From Malacoraja senta (Eukaryota), in the NCBI GenBank assembly GCA_038087875.1, contig CM075993.1, positions 2,358,001-2,422,000 of the forward strand: DNA of 64,000 nt. Direction: 5' to 3'. This document shows, one piece after another, positions 1 to 11,862 of this stretch. Below the pieces are notes generated by a model. It saw only the letters and a program-made list of their open reading frames with translations, was not told where the DNA came from and did no database searches. Every line of letters starts with the position of its first letter. Position 1 is the first letter of the stretch. The translations under genes and the position numbers were made by a program.

Positions 1-531
1 TCATAAGATAAGCCATGGTTGAACAGCTTGAGTTTTTCCATTTGTTTCTAAGAATGGGGCTAGGCTATTGAATTAGATTGTGTCTGATCTATATCACAAT
101 TCCTTTTATCTATTTCTGCGCAGTAATCCTTGCTCAACCAGTTAAGCAATGAACATTTTATGTATCTGCAATTTTTTATGAAGTCTCCGATTAACACTAC
201 CCTCTGCATGTAAAACACCTTCCATTAAATAGCACAATTCCAAGTTAAGATTATGTTTTTGTTTTTTTAATTATTCCACCAGAATCAATAGCTTGTATCT
301 AGCTATCCTATCAAATGCCTCTAATCATTTTAAACATCTCAGAATTCATGAGGCAAGGAATTCAATAATTATGCAAGCCCAAAGATGATTAACGGCTTGG
401 ACAAGTATTAAAGTATAAAACAGTCGACCCCTAAATCATTCAAATTTTGCACAAGGTAAGAAAAAACATTTGATGTAGATTGCATCACCACACAGCAGAG
501 GGCGTAAGAGGAACACACAAGTAGGGTCTGA

Positions 532-1027
532 AGAGTCAAGAGTGTTTTTTGTCATATGTCCCAGATAGAACAATTAAATTCTTACTTGCTGCAGCACAAC
601 AGAATATGTAAACATAGTACATAAACGAGAGAAAAAAAGTTCAGTGTGTATGTATATATATATATATACATACACACATTCACACATACTCAAAAAACAA
701 ACAATTATAGTGCAATAATAAGTCTGTTGTAGTTCAGAGCTTATTTGTTGTTGTGTTTAATAGCCTGAAGGCTGAAGGAAAGAAGCTGTTCCTGAACCTG
801 GACGTTACAGTTTTCAGGCTCCTGTACCTTCTTCCCGATGGCAGTGGTGAAATGAGTGTGTGGCCAGGATGGTGAGGGTCTCTGATGATGTAAGCTGCCT
901 TTTTGAGGCAGCGACTCCGATAAATCACTTTGATGGTGGGGAGGTCAGAGCCGGTGATGGACTGGGCAGTGATCACAACTTTTTGCAGTCTTTTCCGCTC
1001 CTGGACGTCCAAGTTGCCAAACCAGGC
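532..1027 (-). mobile_element. Rex1/Babar-clade LINE 3' fragment
   Basis: ORF 734-1030(-) ends LPSGRRYRSLKTVTSRFRNSFFPSAFRLLN, a Rex1/Babar RT C-terminal motif, followed by a 3' UTR. Related pieces at ~1670-2270, ~11010-11578, ~15780-16140 and ~56360-56800. Confidence 0.75.
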
Positions 1028-2299
1028 CAACCCGAAACGTTACCCATTCCTTCTCTCCAGAGATGCTGCCTTTCCTGCTGAGTTACTCCAGCTTTTTGTG
1101 TCTACCTTCGGTTTAAAGCAGCATCTGCAGTTCCTTCTTACATACAAGTAGGCATCTCTATGCTCCCCTTGCATAGTAAATATATGATTACAGATGGTTC
1201 TGTTTTGGAAGCAGATTGTAGAGCTGTGTCATAGGATAATATTGCTACATATGTGAAACAAATAAAACATAGTTTAATTTAAGGTGTCATCAATTGTATT
1301 TTTGGAATGGCCATCAAAATCATGTGTAAGAGAGAAATGATTACCCCTACTCTGAGTGCATAATTGCAAAACTCTTACACATTTAATATATGCTTGACTA
1401 TCATATTTCGCAAGCACAGTATTACTTCAATCAGAAGGGTAAAAGTCTCAAAATATTATTTTCAAAACTGAACTTTGTACATTTTCCACAGCTTTTCTTT
1501 TCCATATTTTCTCATCTGACAAGATTAACCTTCCAGCAGGCACACTGCATGAGAAGTTTACTGCAGTGGCCATTCTTCAAATGTAACGGAGTAGACAGGG
1601 TATTCAGTTTGTGCAACTGAACCTGGTCAGAGTGTAATCTGACATTTTTTAAAATTTATTTTGAGAGTTAAGTCAAAGGTATTTAATTGTCATATGTACC
1701 AACGATAGAACAATGAAATTCTTACTTGCAGCAGCTTAACAGTCACACAAACACGATACACACAGATAATATAATGTTTTAAAGTGAAATAACAGTAATA
1801 CTCATGCAAAAAAACCCAGTTCATAGTTGCTGAAGTTAGTTCTAGTTTATTATTGTCACATATAACAAGGTACAGTGAAAAGCTTTGTTTTGAATGTTAT
1901 CTAAACAGGTTAGATATACCATACATAGAAACAATCTTCCCGATGGTAGTAGCAAGCTGCGAGTTTGGCTAGGGTGATATGAGTCTTTGATGATATTGGC
2001 TGCCTTTTTGAGGCAGTGCCTCTTTAGGATGCTTTGATGGTGGGGATGTCAGTGGCTGTGATGGACTGGACAGTGTTTACCATTTGCTGTAATCTCCTTC
2101 ATTCCTGGGCGTTCGAGTTGCCCAAAGAGATCGTGATGCAACCAGTCAGTGCGCTCTCTGAACCGTACACCTGATGAGGTTCAATGGAGTATTTGTCGAC
2201 ATACTGAATATCTTCAATCTTCTAAGGAAGTAGAGGCATTGATGAGCTTTCTTTGTGATTGCATGTGTCATACTCAGTAGTGTTTGCAGATCTTTACAC

Positions 2300-3810
2300 A
2301 AAACACATCTGCAACTCATTCGGCTCCTATGGTTGATATCCCTTCCCTTGCGTGAGGGGTGTCCTCACTGGACTCTGTCCCGCAATGTCCAGCCGCAGCA
2401 GCACCCTAGACTGTGGTCCTCCCCCACAGAGCCTTGGCTGCACCAAGCTTCAGTGTGTCCCTCAGCATGTACTCCTGCAGTCTGGAATGGGCGAGTCGGC
2501 AGCATTCCCTGATGGACATCTCGCTGTGCTAGGACACCAACAAGTTTTGGGCAGACCAAAGTACATCCTTCATTGAGTTGATGACCTTCCAGCAGCACTT
2601 GATGCCCATCTTCGAATATATCCCTGGGAACATCCCGTAAATCAGAGTCCACGGTTACACAGCTGCTCAGGAAAGAACCATAACAACAATCCTTGCATCA
2701 CTCTTCAGATCCAATTTGCAAATCCCGGGTCTGCAAAGAGGCAAGCAACCATCTCCACTCTGTAGTGGCTGCTCCAAAGGCAAATGCATCAGTAGTAAGA
2801 TTCTGATGGTATAAGAAGGATCTGAGTGGGAGGATCCCTCTCACCGCCAGCCTAAGGAGGAAGTCTTTGTGCTTGTTGGTGAGTTCCATTATATTTGATC
2901 CATTGCTGTTCTGTTGTTGGCAAAACATAGACGTGGCTCACCCCTAGCTCCTCAGACTTGGCCTTCCAGCTCAAAGGTTTCTCCAATCATCACATGGACG
3001 GAAAGGAGGCATTAGGAGAGGCGGTAGCATCTGCTTCATGGTGCTCAGACATAGTGGTCCTGTGGCTCAGGACCAGTGATGCCAGTGGCTCGGGACCAGA
3101 TTCAGAGTCCGCTGTGGGCGGGCCGGCCCTACCGGGTGTCCTCCATCCTCAGCGGGCAGGTACGCCACCGTCGATCCACAGCGGGCGGGTCCTCCGTCGT
3201 CGGTCCACGGCTGTAGGTCCTCCATCAGGTCTGCTGCGAGCGAATCCTTGGTCCGCGGTGAGTGGTTCCTCTGTCGTCGGTCCGTTGCGAGCGGGTCCAC
3301 TGTCGTCGGTGGGCGAGTCCTCGACTCGCGACGAGCGGGTACTCCGTCGTCGGTCCGCGACAAGCCAGGCCGGCTATTGCAGGTCTCCTTACCCGGCAAG
3401 TTCGCTGAAGGTGTTGCAGAGCTATGCATCTTTGACTGTCCCCATCGGGAGCCTGGAGGTGCTGTCCAGCGTGCTGTAGGCACCGCCAGATCATACAACC
3501 GCGCCGATGATGTAGTTGAAGTCACCAGGCAGAACAACAGGGCAGGATGTCACCAGCAGTGGTGGGATGGTCAGCCCCTCGCTCCGCGTGCCAGTGCCAT
3601 TGTTCTCATCGGCCCTTTGTTTTTTTGTTGTCATTTTCTGTGGCTCTTCTCCCTTCAGCATTATCTGCTAAACCTCGTCTTGTTCTTCCCCGACTCCCTC
3701 TTGAATCAACTTTCCCTTCTGGAGAGGACTCGAGGTGGCTGGGCTCTCTTTACTCCTGGTTTCAGTTTCTGCTGGGGTCTCGGTGGTGATGGGGGACTGT
3801 CGACATTACA
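2300..3810 (-). mobile_element. Degenerate, internally deleted Tx1-like (L1 group) LINE
   Basis: Minus strand gives an APE endonuclease remnant PLLVTSCPVVLPGDFNYII...LDSTSRL (~3420-3570), a zf-RVT-like ELTNKHKDFLLRLAVRGILPLRSFLY (~2800-2885) and a C-terminus CCWKVINSMKDVLWSAQNLL...ECCRLAHSRLQEYMLRDTLKLGAAKALWGRTTV* (~2405-2600), with stops and frameshifts. Confidence 0.75.
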
Positions 3811-4789
3811 GTAGGGTTTGCCTGCTGTATTCAATTTCCAAAATAACTCTAGCCGCTCTGCTTGAATACTGGTGTTTGCATGTTTTCCTCGTGGCTATGT
3901 GGATTTCTTCCAGATGCTCCGGTCTCCACCCATATCCTAAAGACGTGCAGGTTGGTATCCGTAAATTATCTCTTAAATAAGAGCACAGGAGAATCAGTGG
4001 GGTATTAATGGAAAATGGAATTAAAGAGAATATTAAAATGGCAATAAGTGGGGGAAATGGGATTGGCAACGCTATTCTGGAGGCTGGCACAGAATCAACC
4101 AGTCGAACAGATTCCTTTAATGTCAGAAAGAAATATGAAAAATGCAAGTAGCTGTGACATTGCAATAAATCTGCAAACCTGGACTGATGATCCAGAAAGA
4201 AGATCAACTCCTACCTTGGGCTAAAATCTTTCCTCAAAGAAACCAAACTTTTGGCATATAAAGTAATTAGGAAAGTAAAAGTAATGTTGGCCTTTACTGC
4301 ATGAGGAAAAACCAGAGAACTTGCTGCAGCAGTATAGGACTTTGGCAAGACTGAACCTAGTGTTCTATAAGGTTTTGATCTCCCTTGGAGTCAGTGCAGA
4401 GAAGGATAGTGCAATAGCAGTGCAATAGATTGATCCCCACACTGAAAGATTGGCTTGAAGAAAAGATTGTGCCGAAGGGGGAATGAGCTCATTGAAACTT
4501 ACAAGAGTCAGGAGGAGGGAGGTGTGGGCTTGACAGGATAGACACAGAGAGAATGTTACTTCCCATGGGATAGTCTAGAATTAAGGAATGTTTAGTATAA
4601 GGGATCGTTCATTTGAAGTTGACGTGAGGAAATTCTTCTCTTTGAGAATTGTGAATCTGAGCAATTCTGTACCCTAAAGAACAGTGAGTGCAGTCATTCA
4701 GGATTTTCAAGGCTGAAACCCTGTGACTAATGAATGATCAGGGCAATTGGGTTATGGAGGTTAGGTCATTGATTAAATCACCCATCATT

Positions 4790-5765
4790 TATTGAATTAC
4801 AATATACATCAATGATTTGGATGAAGGGATTCAAAGTAACATTAGCAAATTTGCAGATTAACAAAGCTGGTGGGAGTGTGAACTGTGAGGAGGATGCTAT
4901 GAGAATGCAGGGTGACAGGGGGAGTGGGCAGATGCATGGCAGATTAAGTTTAATGCGGATAAATGTGAGGTTATCCACTTTGGTAGCAAAAACAGGAAGG
5001 CAGATTACTATCTAAATGGCGTCAAGTTGGGAAAAGGGGAAGTACAACGGGATCTGGGGGGTCCTTGAACATCAGTCTATGAAAATAAGCATGCAGGTAC
5101 AGCAGGCAGTGAAGAAAGTGAATGGCATGTTGGCCTTTATAACAAGAGGAATCGAATATAGGAGCAAAGAGGTCCTTCTGCAGTTGTTCAGAGCCCTAGT
5201 GAGACCACACCTGGAGTATTGTGTGCAGTTTTGGTCCCCTAATTTGAGGAAGGACATTCTTGCTATTGAGGGAGTGCAGCGTAGGTTTACAAGGTTAATT
5301 CCCAGGATGGCGGGACTGTCATATGCTGAGAGAATGGAGCAGTTGGGCTTTACACGCTGGAGTTTAGAAGGATGAGAGGATATCTCATTGAAACATATAA
5401 GATTGTTAAGGGCTTGGACACGCTAGAGGCAGGAAACATGTTCCCGATGTTGGGGGAGTCCAGAACCAGGGGCCACAGTTTAAGAATAAGGAGTAAGCCA
5501 TTTAGAACGGAGACGAGGAAACACTTTTTCTCACAGAGAGTGGTGAGTCTGTGGAATTCTCTGCCTCAGAGGGTGGTGGAGGCAGGTTCTCTGGATGCTT
5601 TCAAGATGGAGCTAGATAGGGCTCTTAAAAATAGCGGAGTCAGGGGATATGGGGAGAAGGCAGGAATGGGGTACTGATTGGGGATGATCAGCCGTGATCA
5701 CATTGAATGGCGGTGCTGGCTCGAAGGGCCGAATGGCCTACTCCTGCACCTATTGTCTATTGAAT
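4790..5765 (+). mobile_element. CR1-clade LINE 3' fragment (RT C-terminus and 3' UTR)
   Basis: ORFs 5016-5375 and 5372-5677 contain LVRPHLEYCVQFWSP and RTRGHSLRI...FFSQRVVSLWNSLP, with frameshifts. The 3' tail GGCTCGAAGGGCCGAATGGCCTACTCCTGC follows. Confidence 0.9.
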
Positions 5766-6789
5766 TACGGAAAAGGTTTGAAGGGCCATATTTTCTTGCA
5801 CCTTTTGTTAATGTTCTCATGTTAAATTAGGAATTAAACACGAGGGACCGGTAATCTTAATACCACTCTAAAGATATACTAACTCAATCATCTCAGAATC
5901 CAACAGCAGGCATGCCTGATTTCTATGATTGCTGCTTGCTGACCCATTTAATCTGGCAGGTAACTCAAGGCTCATTTCCTGCACCTATCTTTGTAATTTT
6001 GCTCAATTTTTAATTGCTTTGCATTTGGAGGACAAGCCAGTGGACGTGATGGAAGTGAACTCATCAAGTTGTCACTTAAAGATCATATCTTTCAATAAAC
6101 GGGGCATCCAATTTAAACACTCAGTCAAGAATGCTTTTAAATAAGCTCTTAATGATTCAGTATTAATAGCTATGCAAATGCTATATCAACTAGCTTTAAT
6201 ATGCAACCCTGTTCCTGGCCCCATGCCCATCCTTATCTAAAATCATTGCTGGCAGTGCACTTAGATTCCGGCCTCAAGTTCTTTTTATTCTCTCCCTAAA
6301 CCCAAATGTTATCTCAATTAAGTTGCTCTTTAAGATTCTTAATTCTTCTTCATGCTTGCTATTTTATTTGCATTCAATTACACTGTGTGATGTGCCTTGA
6401 CATGTTTTACTTAAAAGCTAGATGTCACTAATGGTCCTTATTTTCCTGGTTGCTCTCTCAGAATTTATGAACACTTGACAAGTATCTTATGTTAAGACTA
6501 CCTGTTCTGGATTTAAAATAATAGGTATCGTCATCAGAGCAGCACAATCTTTTTCAATAATTAATAGTGTAGGATTAAGACATTTGAAAGACTAAATGTA
6601 GGATATATATCAGCCAACATAGCTACTATCTTTTGCCACATACCGATTTTTCCTTTCTAGCAGTACACCAATGCTTTCTGTCTCTCTCTCTCTCTCTCTC
6701 TCGTTAAATCAAGCTGCTGATGTACATTTGACTTTGTGCTTATCATGTCTCCTTATCTGCTACTGAGCTCTGTTATAAAATGTGCTAGC

Positions 6790-7390
6790 CGAGTGCTAAT
6801 ACTTCTGAGTCGGCAAGGCCAGTTGTTTAAGCCGTGCTCGAAAGACTTAGTCACAACCTGTGGTGACACTTTAGTGCAGTTCTAACATGGTGCTGTACAA
6901 CTGGAGATGTTGCATTTCTAAAGAAACGTTAATCCAAGACCTTTATCTGGCCTCTCACAAGGAACCATTCAAGAAGAGCAGCTGTTCTTTCCAGACTAAC
7001 ATCTCAACTAGGATAGACACAAAAAGCTTGAGTAACTCAGCGGGACAGGCAGCATCTCTGGAGAGAATGAATGGGTGACGTTTCGGGTCAAGACCTTTCT
7101 TCAGGACTTCTTCTTGCATATGGTGTGCACAGCCTAAAGTTGTAAGACAACTTGTTATGTTTCATCTTGTTTGTGCACGCCAGGTTGATTGAATTCATCG
7201 AAACAGGGTGGACCACGTGAAGGTTACAATCTCCCACCCCTCTTCAGGACCATTGACAGATTATCTGCTCATTACCCATTGTCATATACAGTAACTTTGC
7301 TGTCATGTATGCAGCATTTGAGTACACTTGATGAAAACTCAAGTGGCTTTTTAACTAAACAATGAATGTAAATTCCTTCAAAATTACTTG
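6790..7390 (+). mobile_element. Old DeuSINE (SacSINE1-like) relic interrupted by younger insertions
   Basis: Degenerate Deu-domain-like GACACTTTAGTGCAGTTCTAACATGGTGCTGTACAACTGGAGATGTTGCATTT...GAAACGTTAATCCAAG. The 3' part resumes at ~7255 (ACAGATTATCTGCTCATT) after a Penelope piece and the ribozyme SINE. Confidence 0.5.
7108..7240 (-). mobile_element. HDV-like-ribozyme-headed short retroelement, copy 1
   Basis: 10-bp TSD TCTTCAGGAC (7098-7107 / 7241-7250). Starts GGGGTGGGAGATTGTAACCTTCACGTGGTCCACCCTGTTTCGATGAA and ends in a GAAGAA tail. Confidence 0.85.
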
Positions 7391-9259
7391 CTTAACATAC
7401 ATCAGTGTAATACTGACATTGTTGCTCATGAAGATAACATATTGGCTTTACCTACAGAGTATGGAGTTTAAAAGAACCATGTACATTCACAAGGTAATTA
7501 TGAACACCAGTCTTGGTTTAAATAAAATCATCAATAAGGATAAAAAGGCTTGTTGATTTTCAACAGTATCGGAATGCCAAAGACAAAGGTCCCCCTCCTA
7601 CCACCCAAACTGTTACCTGCCTGCTCCCTCAGCAAAAGAACAGATGAATGATAATTTATTATCACGTGACATGTCACAGTGAAATTCATTGTCTGGCTTA
7701 CCATAGACAAAGTACACAAAGAGTTGCCACGTATATGGCGCAGACAGAGTTACAAGTGTACAATGTAGTCCCCAATGACCCTTCGATCTCAGCGGTCCCC
7801 CAGGCCGTGTCCCTCTTTGTTCCGGGCCGCTCCCCCACGCCTAGTCACTCTTTGTTCTATCGGCGGCGCATGCTCGATCGACTTCGGGCACCCACCACAG
7901 GCCCGTCCGACCTCTGGCAACCACTGCTTGTCCGTCCGACTTTTGGCACCCACCGGGGGCTCGTCTGACCTCCAACCCTCAACGCGGGCCCGTACTGGCC
8001 ACCCACCGGGAGCTTCCGACATCCCACCTCCTTCTCTGATGGCCCATCTTGCTCTTGGTGCTATCCAGCGAGTCCCTCCTCGCTCTCGCAGCGCGGGTCC
8101 CGTCAAGGTCCACAGCGAGTAAGCCGGGCCTACCACCGGGTCCGACGACTCCAGCGGGCAAGACAGGGCTACTGGACGGTTTGGCTTCCACTCATCGGAG
8201 CTACTGGACGGCTTGGCCCAGTTTGCCAGGAACACTCCCGGCCGAGCTGCTTCCGGGCAACCAAAATATTGCTCACGTTTCAAATTCAGAATCAGATATC
8301 CAATAACTTGTCTATTTTTTGTTGTTTTGGGCAATAGCTTTGTTCTGGTATTCTAAAGCATGATACATTTTCTGCACCAACCCATGGCTGCATTCAAACT
8401 TACTTTGCTTGTTATCGAGCGATGCATAACACATCAGGTTTGGCTTTTTCACTTTCAAGATACCAAATAAAGCAATTGAAGTAACAGACTTTGTATTATC
8501 CTCATAAATTGTCAACAATCTGGAATGGGAAAGTCAACTGTTTCTCCACCACATCACCCCTTCCCCTATCTCAAGGAAGCATGAGAAACTCACAATGAAA
8601 TTCATTCTCTGAATGCATGAATTATGGAGAATTTGCATTTAATTAAAACAAATGGAAGTTCTGGAACTATTACTAAATGAAATTGCCAAACTATATTTAT
8701 ATTCATAAATGTAGAGGAAATAAACTAAAAGGGCATAATAAGCAGAATCAAATTATAAAGCTGCCATGCAGCCACATTCAGTTCATCAGCTGGGCAAAAT
8801 GCGAGTGCTTTATGACTTTCAGCTGAACTTGAAATGAGAGGGGAAGATACAGTTGTTAAGATTCATATGGAAACAAATATATATATATTAGACAAAGTGT
8901 GAGCTTCTGCTTAAAGAATATAAACAGATAGGTTCACTTGATTAATACCTGAACCACATGCAAATTGATACAAGATTGAATGCACAGCTTAATGACTGTT
9001 GGGAGAAACTTGTTTCAATTCATGAGGCACCAACACAAGAGAAAGAAGAAGGTCTTCCATTGAGACTAGCTTCACTAAAATCAGTCTGGGGTATCAGTGA
9101 ACTCCAAAATCCTATAAATAGGATATTAGATATTTTGTTTTTATTTGACAAAACTTAGAAAGCTAAATAATGCAGGGCTGCAAGGTTAGTAATGATAGCC
9201 CGAGTCTATCATAAAAGTGTATTCAAGCTGGTCAGACCATGAAAAAATAGTTAAAATAA

Positions 9260-10440
9260 AAAAATCAAAGCTCTTTATCTGAATGCATGCAGCAATTACA
9301 AGATGGATGAATTAATAGCGGTACCGAGTAGCCAAAACAAAAATGTCCAAGGTTAGGTTTAAACATTCCAGGCAGCTCATCTAAGAGCAGAGACAGTCAA
9401 AATGGAAACGAAGGTTGGGTAGCATCGACATTCTTCTTCTTCTTTGGCCCTCTTCGCTGACCATGGGTGTCTCCAGGATTGGAGGATGCCAGTGCGTGAC
9501 TTTGTCTAACGTGGGGAGACTTGTGCAGACAGCCACCACAGTCCTTGACAGATCTGGGTCAGGATCCAGTGGCAAGGAGTCCAAGACGACCAGAGACCCT
9601 TTTCTGCTGCAGCCTTCACTCACCTTCCCAGCCGTTGTGACGCTCCACTAAGGTCAGTCATCATCCTCCGCCTGTTCCACCGTTGAGGTCAGAGTCCTCC
9701 CCCTCGACCTTACCGCCATGGGTGGCCCTACCAGGAGCATAGCTCCAGACGGCATCGCTCTCAGGTTCTCAGGACCACACAAGCTTTTCCACCACGACAA
9801 GGTGACAATCCACGGAGAAGACATTAAAGAATGAGATAAGGGTAGTCAAGAGAAAAGATCATAGCTCAGAAAAGTGGTAGATGCAGTTTACAAAGCTAAA
9901 AAAAACTTTGATGGGAGTTGTATATAGGTCTCAAGCAGTCCTAGCAATGCAGGGCGTAGTATAAATCAGCAAATTCCAGGCTCATGTAATATGGGTAATA
10001 CAAAAACCATCTTGGGCTTTAATCTACATACTGACTGGTCAAACCAAATGATCAGTAATAGTGATGAAGACAAACTAATTATGTACATAAGAGATGGTCA
10101 TCTAGATCAGTATATGAAGGATCCAACAGGAAAGCCTGTTTAAAATGTATTATTGTGGTGCGTGTAAGATTTAACTGATGATCTGGTAGTTAAGTGACCT
10201 TAAAGGAACACTGATCATTACATGACCTAATTATACTTGTAATTTTGGGTCAGTTAGAAACTCAGGACTCAGAATTTAATAAATAAATAAATAAAAGCAT
10301 GAGACACATGTATTGGAAAATACTTTAAAAGATATGTCAGTAAACATGCAATGAATAACATTTTTAAAATAGTTTACAAGCAATAGATATTTATATACAT
10401 TAACACAAAAAAATTCAACATGAAAAATAATTCTGCAAGT
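9260..10440 (+). mobile_element. Old CR1 LINE relic (endonuclease region); a degenerate RT 3' part lies at ~11880-12490
   Basis: CTCTTTATCTGAATGCA...AAGATGGATGAATTAATAGCG resembles the CR1 APE start (LYLNA...KxDELIA). Heavily decayed. Confidence 0.55.
9433..9819 (-). mobile_element. Non-autonomous RTE-like (Rex3/Expander-type 5' UTR) short element
   Basis: Flanked by GACATT duplication (9427-9432 / 9820-9825). 5' end TTCTCCGTGGATTGTCACCTTGTCGTGGTGG resembles RTE 5' UTRs. Has a (GAA)n tail and no RT ORF. Confidence 0.7.
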
Positions 10441-11578
10441 GAAATTAAAGAATCAACTGTAATATTACATGCAGAGCGTTCTTTCGCAAAATTATGTGGC
10501 TGAATTGGATTGTTTTTGTGACAGTAAAAATCCAATAGTACCTCTGTGAAAAGCAGTCTCGTTCATTCAATTAGTAAGACTTTCCTCATATTCAAAAGTG
10601 AAACCACCGCTTTAAAAACAGTTTCTTCCCCTCAGCAATAAGAACACTTAATTCCCTCCAATAACTTTTTGACTTTTGATGTATAGTGTCTTGTCTATGG
10701 TTTTTGTCTGTTCTTTTGAACTATGTATTGTTGGTGAGATTTGTGATTTGTGATGTGGTATGGATGCACTTTATTATTATGATTTGTGTTGTTATTAGTG
10801 TTAATGTGACTAAAGCAGTGTACCATCATGTACCGAACCCAAATACCACCAACCCTGGTCGTGTGGAAAATAAAGATTATATCTATCTATCTATCTATCT
10901 AACAATCAAACATTTCTCATTGGTTGTACAAACATTGGTTGTACAAATTATCCATTTCAAAATGAGCTGCCTTGTATATTTTTCCAAATTACAGCAACCA
11001 TGATGCCTGCAGGAAAGACGCTGTTCCAGAACTTAGACGTTACAGTTTACAGGCTCCTACATCTTCTTCCCGATGGCAGGAGTGAAATGAGTTTGGTGAT
11101 AATGCTGACTGCCTTTTTGAGGCAGTGGCTCCTGTAAATCCCTTCGATGGTGCGGAGGACAGAACCTGTGATGGACTGGGCAGTGTTCACCAGTTTTTGC
11201 AGTCTTCTTCATTCCTGAGCATTTAAGTCGCCGAACTAGGCTATGATGCAGCCAGTCAATGTGCCCTCTACTGTACACCTGCAGAAGTACTAGAATGTCC
11301 TCCCTGACATAACAAATCTCTGCAATCTTCTCAGAAAATAGAAACGTCGATGGGCTTTCTTTATAATTGCATCATTGCACTTGAAGATGAAGTTCGCAGT
11401 CGTGAGTAGAGTGAGAACAGGGGGCTGAGCACGCAGCTTTGAGGTGCTCCCATATTGATGGTTATCGGTGAAGAAGGGTTGTTACATATTTGTATACACT
11501 GTGGTCTGCTGATGAGGATGTTGAGGATCCAGTTGCAGAGGGATGCTGAGACCCTGTTCAGTGAGGTTGGTAACCAAC

Positions 11579-11862
11579 TTTTTTTTAATAATTTAAAATA
11601 TTTATTCAAATATTAAAATAATATATACACTACAGTATAAAACAAAACATACCCCACCACCATAATACACGACTAACGATAAACTATTATACAACTATCT
11701 TGCACTTCTTGTCAAGGATGCATTCAACCCCCCGCGGTCCCAGGAAATCCCCCAGGGTGCCCGTAGTCCCTCTCTAACACCACCCGGGCACGGACGTAAT
11801 CCCGGAAAAGGGGCAGGCAGCCGGCTTGGGCAGAGCCCTATTCCGCCTGGCGCCGTGACTGT
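11579..11862 (-). mobile_element. Tx1-like LINE 3' end with poly(A)
   Basis: Minus strand reads AGCLPLFRDYVRARVVLER...PRGVECILDKKCKIVV*, then AATAAA and an A-run (T-run at 11579-11587). Confidence 0.65.

Noticed and set aside
2958..3814. Several 150-190 aa ORFs in a GC-rich block
   Set aside because: They overlie a decayed Tx1-like element; the meaningful frame has stops.
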